Of a stretch of DNA of 54,588 nt, positions 11,600 through 24,720 are shown one piece after another. The DNA lies in contig NC_082714.1 in NCBI RefSeq assembly GCF_030144855.1, forward strand, positions 127,038,001 through 127,092,588, in the 5' to 3' direction. Below the pieces are notes generated by a model. That model searched no databases, had not been told where the DNA came from, and worked only from the letters and a program-made list of their open reading frames with translations. The stretch comes from Hypanus sabinus (Eukaryota). A program made the position numbers and the translations under genes. Every line of letters starts with the position of its first letter. The stretch's first letter is position 1.

Positions 11600-13915
11600 G
11601 TAATGAATAAATTTTGTCCAGCTTGAGAGATCATCTCTTGATTCGCTGCACCATGTCCGTCAGACTCATGCAAAAGAGGAGGTTTCTTAAGAAGCAGACC
11701 AGGCCAAGACTAAAACTTGAGAGCCTGCTTGACACCGTCACCCAACTCACCTTAGAACTTGTTTTGGGAAAAGCTCCAATGGGAATATCAGAAGGATATT
11801 GAAGAACACTCTGGTCTGCTTAAATCCACCATCCATGATACCTGCAAAAACATCCTTAGGTAGAAGTCCAGAAAACATCAGGATTGGTTTCACGATAATA
11901 GGAGGTAGAACAACTTATGGCCAGGAGAAGAAAAGCTTTTGAACCTGGCAGAATGACATTGGCGCAAGGCCAAAAGAGAAGCTTACTCCAGAGGCAAGGC
12001 AGATATCCAGTGCAGGGTGAGGGAGCTAAAGAATTCCTGCTGGACTGAGAAAACCCTTGATATCAATGATCAATGGAAAGAGTACTGTTAAGAACTTCTT
12101 AACCGTGACAGCACTGCTGAACCAGAGGTTACTAACCAAGTTTCTGGAGACCTCTGAGAGAAGGCATGAGGGAGCCTACAGTATGCAAGAGGTCCATGAT
12201 ACCATCAGGAGCCTAAAAAGCAAGAATGTCACTGCTCCTGATGTGACCCCAACAGAGATCCTTAAGGAAGGTGGAGCTGCACTCCTGCACCACTTACGTA
12301 CCTTGCTGCTGAAGATCTGGAAAAATGAACAAATGCTCTCAGAGCTCAGGGATGCTGTAATAGTGACCATGTTCAAGAAGAGAGTCAAGGCAGATTGTGG
12401 CAATTGCAGAGAATCTCCCTCCTATCAACAACAGGCAAAGTGTTTGTCAACTGACTCCTTCCACGAATTGAAGTACTCCCTGAATCACAATGTGGTTTCT
12501 GCCCATCTAGAGGTATTGCAGACAAGATTTCCACAGCATGCCAATTATAGGAAAAGTGCTGTGAACAAAGGGAACCCTTATATTTTCATAGATTTGACAA
12601 AGATCTTTGATACAGTGGAGTGCCAGATTCTCTGGAGTATACTATCAATACATGGCTGTCCTGAAGAGTAGAGTACTTGCAAATCCTGAGGATACTGCAC
12701 ACTGGACATCAGCCACAGTACTCGGCAATAGTGGTGATGAATCAGAGCCCTTCTCTGTCAAGACAGGAATCAAGCAGGGCTGAATCATTGCACCCATTGT
12801 ATTTACAATCTTTGTTGCTGGCACCCTTCACTTCATTGGCCAAGACCTGCAACAGGGAATCCCACTCATGTGTGGAATGAACAACAGGCTTTTCAACCTC
12901 AACCATTTCCAGGCCAAGAACGAGGTCAGCACCACCGTTATTATCAACCTCGAGCATGTGGATGACAATGTCATCACAGCACACTCTGAAGAAGACCTCC
13001 AATGGATCCTGAATGCCTTTGCCAACATATATAGAGCCCCGGGTATTTTCTTGAATAGAAAAAAAGGCACAGGTTCTACATCAGACACTACCCAACCAGC
13101 TATTTATCCAGCCCTGTATAAATGTTGATGATATGGCTCTTGAAAATGTGTACCATGTTCCCTACCTTTGCAACATTCTCAGCTCAAAGGTAGACATCGA
13201 CTCAGAAATAATCCAGTGCCAGAGTAGTGCTGGAGGAGCCCATGCAAGGTTAAGAAAAATGTCTTTGAAGACCACAACCTACAGGTCCAAACAAAACTTT
13301 TGGTCTGTAGTGCAGATTTTTTTCCCCTCATTACCGTATGGAGCTGAATCAGTGATCTACTGTAGATACCTGGAACAAAACCGGCAATGAACCTTACAAA
13401 AGATTTTGAGGATTAGCTGGAAGCAGATACACCAGTGTCCTGGAAGAGGGCAACCTGAACAGCACTTCCACCACAATAAAGCAACACCATCTCTCATGCA
13501 TAGGTCATGCCATTTGGATGCCCAACTCACCTCCCCGCAAGCAGAGCGTTTACTCCCAGTCGAAGGAAGGTCAGTGAACCCCTGGTGGGTAAAGGAAACA
13601 CTTCAAAGAAAACATCAAAATCAGCGTGAGGAAATTCAACATTACCTCTAAAAACTGGGAAGACATTGCTCTTAATACGTATACCTGGAGGAAATCTGTT
13701 CAAGAGGGAGCTGCGCAAATGAAAGTGACCTCAGCAGTGCCACAGAGAACAAGTGGCAGCAGCAAAAGGAGAGAATGCACAACCGAAAGATCAGGCACTA
13801 ACTGCAGCCGCCACTTCCTCGTGTCCAGACTGCCCCAGAGTATGTGGATCTCAGGTCAGCCTCTGTAGCCTCCTGAGGATCCACCGTACTCAACTCAAGA
13901 GATCGCACTACTATT
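11600..13915 (+). mobile_element. RTE-clade (BovB-like) LINE, frameshifted ORF2
   Basis: Peptides EVHDTIRSLKSKNVTAPDVTPTEILKEGG, DAVIVTMFKKRVKADCGNCR, IFIDLTKIFDTV and HVDDNVITAHSEEDLQ (YADD equivalent). A terminal CPDCPRVCGS...LRIH zinc-finger-like motif lies at ~13820-13885. Confidence 0.9.
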
Positions 13916-14274
13916 GCTCTGAATAAATTAAATACTTTTGTTCCAGTTCCTATCTATGAATGTAAAGCATGATAAAGATGCACCTGTGAGTAATTAAAAC
14001 CATGACTTTTTTTTTCTTTAGCTAGCCTCTAGGCTTCAATTGTGCTGTAAGGACTGGGAAGAAGTGTGTCTGGTAGTGTCTGTTTTCCACATATAAGCAC
14101 CAGATATTGATGACATTTAAAACTGTCAAGTTCAGTTTTCCTTTTTTTCCCCTGATGTTCAGGAAAAGGTTTTGATACCACGGTAAAACATGCTTACTTA
14201 TGCAATTAAAACTGTGGACATGATATGAAGCCCTGCACATTCCCTTGGAGAATCTGTCTGTGCTATCTCATTAA

Positions 14275-14436
14275 GGCAGGAGTTATGAACTACAAATAAA
14301 TTGGTCTGAAGTGGGTATGCAGAAGGAAGAGTATATTCATTGGGGTTAAGAGAGAAAATAAATCAACCATGATCAATGGCAGAACAGACTTCATGGGCCA
14401 AATGGCTTTATTCTACTCCTATGTCTTATGGTCTTA
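14275..14436 (+). mobile_element. CR1 3' tail fragment
   Basis: aaatcaaccatgatcaatggcagaacagacttcatgggccaaatggc...tcctatgtcttatggtct. Confidence 0.7.
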
Positions 14437-16989
14437 ACACGCAAAATATAATGCTGAAATTGTCCAAATTTTGAAGTATTTACGCTTTCATAAGACATCT
14501 GGGTTTTTTTCAATATTTTATCCTCCAGATCTAATGTTTTCATCTGCACCAGGGAAATGAAGCATTAACTGTCTTCATTTGGAGGGGGGAGGTGGGGATA
14601 AAAGTTTATTGGAACAAAACCTGAGTCAAACCCACAATACATGCCTGATTAAAAATTGATTTGGAAATTTATAGCAATATGATAAAGAAACACTTTCAAT
14701 CAATGTTGTATCCTTGAGATTCATTTTATCCACTTATTATTTTCATTTAAATATTTTTTTCTTATCAACCAAACATATTCAGTATGCTTTGCCATGTATT
14801 TCACTAAATAATCCTTGCATATGTAATCTCTTATTGATAGTTTTAATATGGCCAGTAAAACATTTTCACATTTAAAATCACTTGTAAAAGAGACCATAAG
14901 CTTAAGACTGGGTGGATCCATTTTTTAATAAAAAACCTTTAGTGGGTTTTTTGGGCCAGACCTAAGTCAGTTCACTGTTTTTAAGTGTCCTCTCAATCTC
15001 TTGGCAGGTTTATAGTCATATTCAGAAGTCATGTTACGTATTTTCAAGCAGCTGTTCATAGTTTTGAAACATTTTTCACTGAGGTTCGCAAGCATCATTG
15101 CTGGCATTTTATAAGTATTCTTTTTAGATAGCACATATATAAGCCTAATAAAGAATGATCCAAAGTCAAATCCCTGCACGTATAGAATTTCAATCGTTTG
15201 GCTTCTGACTAATTTGGTTTACCCAAACTCCTTCAATTATATTACACCTTTTAATCACGTCCTTGTTTTTCTGTAAGTCAGATCTATGGTTCAAATTATT
15301 ACTTTCTTTAGTTATATCAAAATGGACACTTTAATATCTTCTGTAAATGTATACATTTGCTTGTGTTATTCATGCTGCATACATGTGTGCGTTTGTAGGG
15401 GTGGGGGTTCAGGAGTAAAGGCTGAATCCCTTGTGTGAGGGCCAGTGAACAGAAAACCATTTAAATAAATTTACACACTATGCTTCCACAGATGGATCTT
15501 ATCACAACATTTAGTCACAAGGTTAAAGCAGCTTTCCGCTCTTTGGTTCAGCAAAAGCACTGTAAGATAATTTGACTGCTATATAGAATTATTTTACAAA
15601 ATGAATGTAACAGACAGGCAGCCAAACTGAGATTAGGAAACACTTGACATTTTTTGTCTTGTTTTTTTTTAAAGATGACTTCACTTCGTAAAACAGTGAT
15701 GCAATAAAATATATTTTGGGGCAAGGCAGTCTTGTCAATTATTCATGGGTAGCAAGAGGATTTTCAAAATCCTAACTTCTTCTCTGGAAAGTGTTGTGGT
15801 ATACTAAAATCTCCCCTTTATTATAGTTTGTTATTATTTTTTTTAAAAAGCTGATCTTTTACTTGAAGCTAAAAATCCAGACTGCAAATAGAATTCCACA
15901 ACTGAGAAAAATCTTGTCCTGTGTTGCAGAATTTTCCTTGGCAGCGTATATATTATTCGGTAAATGGATCAAATCTTACAACCTCTGCATATAAATAGCA
16001 AGGTTATAGTGCTTTAATGACCTTAGTTACAGCTGTACGGTTGCCATTGAAATTGTACCTTTATTATAAAGGGACACAATGTGATATTATTTTGAAATGC
16101 TCTTGGTTCAAATTTATATACAGTATATATAAAATAAAGCTTTGGGGAAGATAACTTTGAATGCTGGGTGCCATTTTATTGTATTGTATCTTTCTCCAGA
16201 AGCTTGTATTTTATATAATACGAGCTTTGGGATGTCAGTGGATCATAGCTAGATATTGAGTGGCACAGGAGCTTTTTACTAGAAAGCTTGTCCCAAATTC
16301 CCTGTACATTTTATTGGCATGGTCTAATAATGGCAACATTGTTTACAACCCTGTATATAGTGATTTGAATGAAGCAGCACTGCTGCAGCAGACAGACTTA
16401 TTCCAGAGAGGGATCTCAAAGGTGACTACACAGTAATACTGCGGTATTGGCAAAACAGCAATAATTAATGTTGCCTGAAGCAGAGATGGCCATATCTTCT
16501 GTCTGTAGATGAACTGTCCAAGTCCAACTGACAAAATGACTCAAGACTATGTTATTCTCCTTGTTCCTTACATGCACTCTCAAGAGGTTTTGTGTTTGGT
16601 AACCACAGAACCTTGATACATACAGTACGCTGTATTGTTTAAAACATTTTTTTTGTAGCGTCCCAAGTATAAGTCAGGCCAAGAAAAAGTGTCAGTAACA
16701 AATTAATCATAAGACAGAAGGTTGTTGAACTGATAGAAGAAAAATGACTGCTCAGCAATATCTGATATTTGACTATTGTTTTTATCAGCCAAAAATAACC
16801 AGAGGTTGCATTGCTTCCTACTGAGTCAGCAATGTGTATCTGTGTGTTGTTGCCAGAACTTAATGTTAAATAATAGTAACTGTTGAAGTTATTTAAGATG
16901 GAAAGTAAATACACTATTATTGTGTGTCATCAATTTCAGGTCTTCAAAATCTGCTCTTTCTTACAAACATATGGTGCTATACATATTGC

Positions 16990-17780
16990 GAAGTCATGTC
17001 ATCTGCAGAAATTCTCTGATGGCTCAGCAATAATTGGATGTATAAAGGGAGGATGGGAGGATGAAAACAGGGCCCTAGTGGAGGATTTTGTCAGGTAGTA
17101 CAAACTGAATCATCTGCAGCTCAACGTTTCTAAGACAAAGGTGGTGAATGACTTTAGGAAGACTAAGCCTGCACTGCTCCCTGTTACTATAGATGAAGAG
17201 GATATGAATGTGGTGAGGATCTGCAAGTACGTGGGGGTGCACCTGGATGACAGATTTGAGTGGAGCACCAACACAGAGGCTGTGTACAAGAAGCACCAGA
17301 GTCACCTCTACTTCCTGAAGAGACCGAGGTCCTTTGGAGTATGCAGAACTCTCCTCCACATGTTCTACCAGTCTGTTGCCAGTACAGTCTTCTATGTGGT
17401 GGTATATTGGGCAATGGCATCAACATGGGTGATGTCAACAGGCTTAATAAACTGGTTGGAAAAGCTGGCTCTTTTTAAAGCATCAGACTGGACACACTAG
17501 AGGTTGTGGTAGAAGAAAGGACCCTACAGAAAATCCTAGCAATTCTGGACAATGTTTCTCACCCTCTACATGCCACCTTGGCAGAACGGAGGAGACCTTT
17601 TAGCAATAGACTAAGACAACTGCACTGCTCCAAAGAGCACTATATGAGATCATTCTTACCCTTGGTCATTAGGCTGTATAATGAGTCAACCTATAGCCAG
17701 GGAAGTGATGACTCCCTCCTGTTTGAATGCTACTGTGACACTGTCATTTCCTTTGGGATCAATGAAGCATCTATCTATCA
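16990..17780 (+). mobile_element. 5'-truncated Rex1/Babar-like LINE with (ATCT)n tail
   Basis: SCHLQKFSDGSAIIGCI (KFSDD), KYVGVHLDDRFEWSTNTEAVYKKHQSHLYFL and ILDNVSHPLH. Ends gggatcaatgaagcatctatctatc. Confidence 0.9.
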
Positions 17781-18030
17781 TTTTGAAATTTGGTATGATA
17801 TTTAATGTTTCCATGTTACTTTTAATCAAAATTAACTTCCAACAATTGTCCTATTTGCCTTTTTAATTTTTCCTTGAATAATATTGGCTAGCACTCAACA
17901 GAATGAGGCCTGGAAGTATGGGAACTAATTGTAATATATTGGTTCACTAGTTGTATAAGTAACTATGGACCTAATTTCATAACCCTAAATGTATCAGCCT
18001 TATGTCCTTAAATATTTTGGCAATGCACAA

Positions 18031-18230
18031 TTCAAGATTCAAGTATATTTATTATCAAAGAAGGAATAAATTATACAATCTTGAGATTTGTTTGCTCACA
18101 GCTAGCTACAAGGCAAGAAACCTGAAAGAACCCAATTAAAGAAGAAAAAAATTACAGACCAACCCTCAATTCACAAGAGAAAAAAAAGTACAAATCATGT
18201 AAACAATTGAAGCGAGCAACAATGTTCCTG
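18031..18230 (-). mobile_element. 3' terminal fragment of a Rex1-like family (related to 868-1200)
   Basis: ttcaagattcaagtatatttattatcaaag start, shared in type with 868-900. Confidence 0.5.
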
Positions 18231-19149
18231 GCATTCCTGTCATCATTAACAGCATGGAAGTTATCACTGATTTTCTTTGTTGCATTTCCATTGAAAAATA
18301 AACATCTCCCTCCATCTTTCTTCCCTGAAGTGCTTAAAATTTATTTTGACATTTGAATCTGCTTCTAATCATGCCCTTTCATCATTGTAGATACAATACT
18401 CTTTGATCTCTGTTCCAAGTTAGAAATTTCATATTCCTTTTCAAATTTTGATTTAAATGCTTATCTAAAAATTATGGCCTAGATAAGAGTTTGGCAGATC
18501 TGCTTTAACTCCTCTTTAGTTTCCTAAATCAGATCAACAATTTTAAGATGTTAGTCTTTTTGGATCCACTCAAGGAAATTCTGCCTGACTTTTGGCCGGG
18601 ATTGATTGGAAGTCGCTGCCTTTTGGCTTTTACCTGAATGTTGGGAATTGCTATTCATGATTGGCACTGTTTCCATTTGTCAGCAAATGCATTGTTTATT
18701 TACTGAGCTTTCTTCCAGATTGGAATGGTTTTGAAATCAAAATTATCAAATTGAGTGAAGTTACTATTGTATTTATTCATTTTCCCCCTATTGAAATGAA
18801 TTTAAACTGTTTTATATTGTTGACTGATTGGCACTAAGAAGGAGGCCCAAGTGATACAGGATAAAAAAAAACCAAGATTATCATTATTTTTGTTATGGCA
18901 TAAAATGCACCCAAATTCTGTTGGAAGAAGTAATGTTCAAATGGGATTTGCTGGATAGCAGTGATACTTGAAAAGTGGAACAGGCACTTTAATATATATA
19001 TTCTGATTATCCTTGTGGAGAATTGCTTCGGATAATTCTGCTTGGCTATCATTAAGCAGTGCAAGAGTGCAGAATAGTTAAAGGAAGTAGTGCAGTCTTT
19101 TTTTTTAAGTTTCCAACAGCACATAAAAACCCACAAAAGGAAGGCTAGT

Positions 19150-19292
19150 TCACAAACAAGGGACAATCTGCAAATGCTGGAAATCCAAGCAACAACCACA
19201 AAATACTGGAGGAACTCAGCAGGCCAGGCAACATCCATGGAAGACAGTACAGTTGACATTTTGGACCAAGACCCTTCATCAATCCTGATGAA
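19150..19292 (-). mobile_element. Penelope-like terminal repeat (pLTR) fragment with a short inverted junction
   Basis: Reverse complement of the 54141-54276 terminus. Ends in the palindrome ttcatca-atcc-tgatgaa (19275-19292). Confidence 0.85.
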
Positions 19293-21688
19293 TTGTTGAT
19301 AGGAATGTTAGAAACCATTGACAAAAAGAGTTGTATTTTTTTCAAAATTAACATTCACATTTTTTTGTCAACATTTCTGTCGAATTCTGTTTTTTTTCAA
19401 ATGGCACCTCTCATTCGCTGAACATTTATTCACTTTTTATCAATAGCTCATGGTTGCCAATCCTTCCCTTTCCCTCCTCCTTACTTGGATATGACACCAC
19501 ACATTCCATTTTGACTGCTGACATTATAATCCTTCAAATGGCTTTTCTTTCCTTGGTAATGTTGGAGCAAAGCTTCATTCTGTCTTTGACCGAACCCCAC
19601 AGGCATTCACTTCCAATCACAGTTACTGTCCAATAATCAGGAATGGAAACTCAGTTCAGTTTCTTTTCACCATTCTCCCAAAGGACCTTTAAGACCAATT
19701 GTACTGTCAGGACTGCTAGATAAACTAAGATTAGCTAAATAATGGGCTTTTTTGTATCTATACCTCAGCAGATCATCTAATAAGTGTCTCTCTCTTTGGG
19801 GATGCCTTCAGATCTTGAGTTTAAAACCAGTAAATAAAGAATCAGTTCACCTTGTTTGCCCTTTTTTCCAGTATATCTAAGCAGGAAAGCATTAATTATA
19901 CAGATCCAATAATCGCATGAGTTCATTGAAATGTCAATGAATATAATCTTGAATGAAAATAAAGTTAAGGTTCCCCATAACAATTATTAGTAAAAATTTC
20001 ACTCAGTTAATATGATAGAGGCAGATAAGAAGGCTTTCACTTGAGATGAAGTTGTATCTGCATATTTGATTGCACCTCCATAGCTATAAGGAACACTTAC
20101 ACTGGCAAGGAAAATCGTGTTTTCAGAAAGAAAGTCAGAAAATCTTGAATTATTCGGCGATTTTTATGCGCTGATGGAGGTGTGACTTTAAGCCTTTCTG
20201 CATTACTTATGTTAAGTGAATACATGATTGGGAATTATTGAAAAATATTTAAGCCATCTATTTTTCTAAACTAATATTATATGCGGTTCTGTTTTTGTCA
20301 CTATTTCTGCGAAAGAGGGGGTGGGTTGATGGAAAGATGGTGGGCGGGAGTGCTAATCTTCAAGTTTTGCTGCAAGCATCTGTCTAAATTGCATTTCAAT
20401 ATGTGTATATGTTGACGAGGTAAATCTTGTATCATTGCTGCACCAGATTTATTTTACTTTGACAGTTTAATAATCCACATTACCGTACATAATTGATGTT
20501 GAGTGGCTTTTTACCTGGAAGCTGCGTTTGCATCAATACATTTGTGTGTTTTATCACAATAAATTTATGCCACTTTTTCTGTCATCCACTGGTATAAAAG
20601 GCTTATTTAGTGTTGGTCAAAAAACAATTTAATATAGTAAGAGGTCCAAAACAAAGTAGCTGGAGTTATAGGTGCATGTTGAATGTTAAAATACAGAATA
20701 TTGCCAAATTGTCAATTACCAAGAATTGTCCAAGCAGGGTGAAGACTTATATTTGTCACCACCTTAATTGACTGAACTCTTCGCAAACAATTCAAGTAGG
20801 GAAAGGCACACTGACTAAATTAGCAAAGAAAAATCTGTAATTTATATGGTATATTCTGAATTACAATTGGAGCCCAGATTCATTTTAATTAAATATAGAG
20901 CAGTTGAAGGGGCTGTTATGGAGGAATTCACAAGCTGCATTTTCTTGATAACACACTACAGATTGTTATGGAAACTGTGACCACCTGGTGTCTTCTACAC
21001 CAGAGCTACCGATAATAAATGCTGTGAATAGGGTTTTAAATTCAAGTTGCATGCAAGTCTCTCTTTTCTGGATTTGCCACACTGGGAAATGAGAGTGAGT
21101 GTGGCGGAATTCAGGGCTTTGCTGACCTCCTTCTAGTCCAGTAGTCAGTATTCTCAGTCTTGCTAAAAAAAAACTGGTGTGGTTTATAGAACAGGTTCAC
21201 TGCATAAACTTGTACCTTTGTTCATGGTTGTAGTGGTTGAGAGTGCAGGTACATACAGGACAACAAAATCAATACCTGAGGTTGCCTTTCATTTCAGAGT
21301 AATTACCACTGCAGGAAGAGGTTGCTTGGCCACAACCACTCACAGGAGTGCCTGGCTTTGATCCTCTTTATAAAGTCCTTCCACTGGTGACTAAGAAAGG
21401 AAACATGGTTCAAAAATTTTGAAGCACTATTTCTTAGCTTTCAATAAGTCAAAACTCACAGAAAACCTACAGCACAGGTTGTGCTTCCTACTGAATCAAA
21501 ATGCTAATTTAAGCACAGAATATCTAAGGTGTAAATACCATGTAAAATACTTCATCAGCTCTCCTCAGGGCCACTGGAGACTTGCTTACAATTCTTGAAT
21601 GCTAATTCCATGCCGACCTCCCACTCTGACTCCCCTCAACAATGTACAAACAAATAACAGGCACTGATGATGGATTTATTGAGCATTA

Positions 21689-22045
21689 AAACCAACCCAT
21701 AAGACGCAGGAGCAGAATTAGGCCCATCAGCCCATCGAGTTTGCCCCGCCATGCCATTCTTATCCCTCTCAACCCCATTCTTCTGTTTTCTCCCCCGTAA
21801 TCTTTGAAGCCCTGATTAATCAAGAACCTATCAAACTTGGCCTCAAATATACCCATTGACTTGGCCTGCACAGCCGCCTGTGGCAATGAGTTCCACAGAT
21901 TCATTCTTCTCTGGCTAAAGAAGAGTTTTCTTGTTTCTGTTCTAAACGAATGTCCTTCAATTCTGAGGTTGTGCCATCTGGTCTTAGACTCACCCTCTAT
22001 AGAAAACATACTCTCCAAATTCACTTTATTCAGAGCTTTCTGAGG
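21689..22045 (-). mobile_element. CR1 3' end
   Basis: Minus ORF 21686..22081 reads GESKTRWHNLRIEGHSFRTETRKLFFSQRRMNLWNSLP, followed by a CR1 3' UTR. Confidence 0.9.
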
Positions 22046-22059
22046 ATTTGATTTCCTTT

Positions 22060-23290
22060 TTTTCCAATAAAGCCACACCATCCATTTTGCCTACCTGCCA
22101 CTTCTTTTGATATAAGGTGTATCCTTGGATGTTAAGTTTCCAACTATGATCTTCTTTTAACCATGACTCAGAGATGCCCACAGCACCATACCTACCAATC
22201 TCTAATCATCTACCTTACTCTGTACATCTCGTGCATTCAAACACCTTCAGCCCTGTATTTTGGTCCCCTGTTAAGTCAATGCACCGACTTCAATTTTGCC
22301 CTGTCGTCTGCTTGTCCTTCACAGCCTCATTACACACTGCATCTAGCTGTACACCAACTGCCCCATCCTTAGCCCTATCACTCCGGTTCCCATTCCCTTG
22401 CCAAATTAAACCCTTCCCCACAGCTCTGGCAATCCTGCCTGCGAGGATAGTGGTCACCTTGTGTTCAGTGTAACCTGTCCTTTTTGTACAGGTCATACAT
22501 TCTCCCGAAGAAATCCCAATGATCCAGAAATCTGAAACCTGGCATTCTTCTGCCAAATCATCCTATTCTTACTCTCACTAGAATGTGGCACAAGCAACAA
22601 TACAGAGATTACTACCTAACTCCCTCTCAATTTTCTCTTTAGGACCCCCTCTCTTTTCCTCATGTTGTTGGTACCAATTTGTACCATGAACATCCTCCCC
22701 CTTTAGAATGCCATGAACCTGATCTGAGACACCCCTGACCCTGGTACCTGCGTGGCATCATACCATCCAAGTAAACACAAAGCACACTGCAGATGCTGTG
22801 GTCAAAGCAACATGTACCATCCAAGTATCCTTTTCACATCCACAGAATCTGCATTCTCCTCCTCTAAGTATGGAATCCCCTATCACTACTGTACTGCTCT
22901 TCTCCTTCCCTTTCTGAGCCGCAGAGCCAGACTCAGTGCCAGGGATCTAATTGCTGTGGCCACCCCGTCCCCAACAGCCTCCAAAGCGATATACGTATCA
23001 TTGAGGGGAAGGGCCAGAGGGATACTCTGCACTGGCTGCCTATTCCCTTTCTCTCTCCGACAGTCTCCCAGGAAACCCCCTCCTGCAAATTAGCTCCCTC
23101 CCTGTAGCTCCTATCACCTTCTTATTCTTCTGCATGAGCCGAAAGTTATCCAGCTGCAGCTCAATGCACTTTGTGCAGATGTAGTTACCAGAGAGATTGT
23201 ATATCTCCCAAACTTCCTACATCTCAAACAAGGAACATACCACCACTTCCAGATTTATTCTCAGTGCCCAAGCTATATACTAACAGGAAA
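22060..23290 (-). mobile_element. CR1 5' portion: ORF1 (zinc finger plus SGNH esterase) and start of the APE endonuclease
   Basis: Minus-strand peptides VVCS...NYICTKCIELQL (~23140-23245), TILAGRIARAVGKGL (esterase C-terminus) and IQGYTLY...GVALL (endonuclease). Confidence 0.8.
22774..22814 (-). mobile_element. 41-bp Penelope-terminus-like micro-insertion with a 13-bp target duplication
   Basis: taccatccaagta at 22761-22773 and 22815-22827 flanks aacacaaagcacactgcagatgctgtggtcaaagcaacatg, which resembles 19152-19196. Confidence 0.75.
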
Positions 23291-23989
23291 AACACCTACT
23301 AGAAACTTCCTTCCTTACTTACTTAGAACAACTTCTGCCTGTGCTTGCCCAAGCCAGCTGAGCCAAAGACACTCTAACAAAACCACACCCACACAAGGGC
23401 CATGTCTTCCTTGTCTTTATTGGCCCTGCGCTGATTTCATCCTACAGAAAGAAAGCTGAAATTCCTGAGCTCCTTTTAAACTTCGCGCTCCATCAGCAAT
23501 AAACGACCTCTCACGCTGATTTCAGCTCGCAGAAAGATGTTGAGACTTCGTGCTAAGCTGTTCATAAAGGTCTATTATCAGCTTTTTTAGTCCAAAGACA
23601 CAATGAGAGTTTATATCCTAAAAATGCCCAATCATTTTGTTTTTGAATAAAAAAACTTATGACCTTCTGAACAATGATCAACAAAATGGAAAAGTATGCA
23701 AAGAGTTCAATGCTCCATGTGCAATAAGGGTGTTTTCATTATAATTGAGGTTTGAGTAGGCTCCAAATGCCTAAGGCTCTTCCAGTTTGCACTATCACGC
23801 ACTATGCAAATAAAATGTTCTGTATTGCCCAATAGTGTAGAAAAGTGACAGCTGATCTAGAGCAGCACAATGCATAGAAAGGTCACATTATCAACAGATT
23901 ACTATCAGAGAGGTTCATTATCATAGTTCTCCATTACTGAAGAGCTGCTCATAAGGCTGGGGTCAAGAAGAGCACGTAAGGAACTGAAA

Positions 23990-24078
23990 TGAAAACACAA
24001 AATGCTGGAGGCAATCAGCAGGTCAGGCCACATATGTGGTACGAGAAAGTTAGTCAGTGACTCCTTGTCAGAACTGAA
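23990..24078 (-). mobile_element. Penelope pLTR fragment
   Basis: acacaaaatgctggaggcaatcagcaggtcaggcc matches 19197-19230. Confidence 0.65.
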
Positions 24079-24084
24079 AATTGG

Positions 24085-24305
24085 ACAAGAGAAGCATAAG
24101 TCACTTTGCCTTACTATGTCTATGCTGAACATGATGCTAAATTTCTTCTGCCCGTACATGATCCACACCCTCTATTCTCTGCATATTAATGTCTATGTAT
24201 AAAGCCTCTTAGGTGCCACTATCGTATCTGCTTCCATCACGATCCTCGGCAGCTTGCCTCACACGTCCCCTTTAACCTTTTCAGCTCTTACCTGAAATGT
24301 CCCTG
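24085..24305 (-). mobile_element. Degenerate CR1 3' fragment
   Basis: catgatccacaccctctattctctgcatatt...gtatctgcttccatcac...cccctttaacctttt. Confidence 0.55.
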
Positions 24306-24574
24306 TAAATACACAGGAAATGTCCGTGAGGAGTGAGGTCTCTGATAGGGCAAAACACGTGGATAGGTTGTAGACAAGGTTACCTGGTCAATGAATGAAT
24401 GGAAGCAGTTTAAAGTCGATAACATGGCTGGAAGAGAATGGGAATTGCCAACTGCAGTGCGGAAGAACCTGCCCAGCAGGTCAAGCTGGCCGTATCCTTC
24501 ACTTCCAGACAGGGAGAAAATGAAAGCTGAGATAACAGCACAGATTATTCCTGAAACAAATGCAAAGTCAAGGT

Positions 24575-24720
24575 CCCTGAAGTTGTGGACTTCTTCCTGG
24601 AGTAAAGATGGCTGCAATTTGCTTAAATGAAGGACAAGGTGCCGTTCCTCAAGCTGGGACAGGACAGGATGCCACAGAATGAGCAGCCAGAATGAGAATG
24701 TGATAGAGAATTTTGGGGTG
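24575..24720 (-). mobile_element. Old Penelope GIY-YIG C-terminal fragment
   Basis: Minus peptide LEERHLVLHLSKLQPS compares with LEEQHLISRLGSLQLDG at 53777. Confidence 0.55.

Noticed and set aside
20975-20995. Second CTCF-like site (minus strand acaccaggtggtca)
   Set aside because: It mismatches at key core positions.
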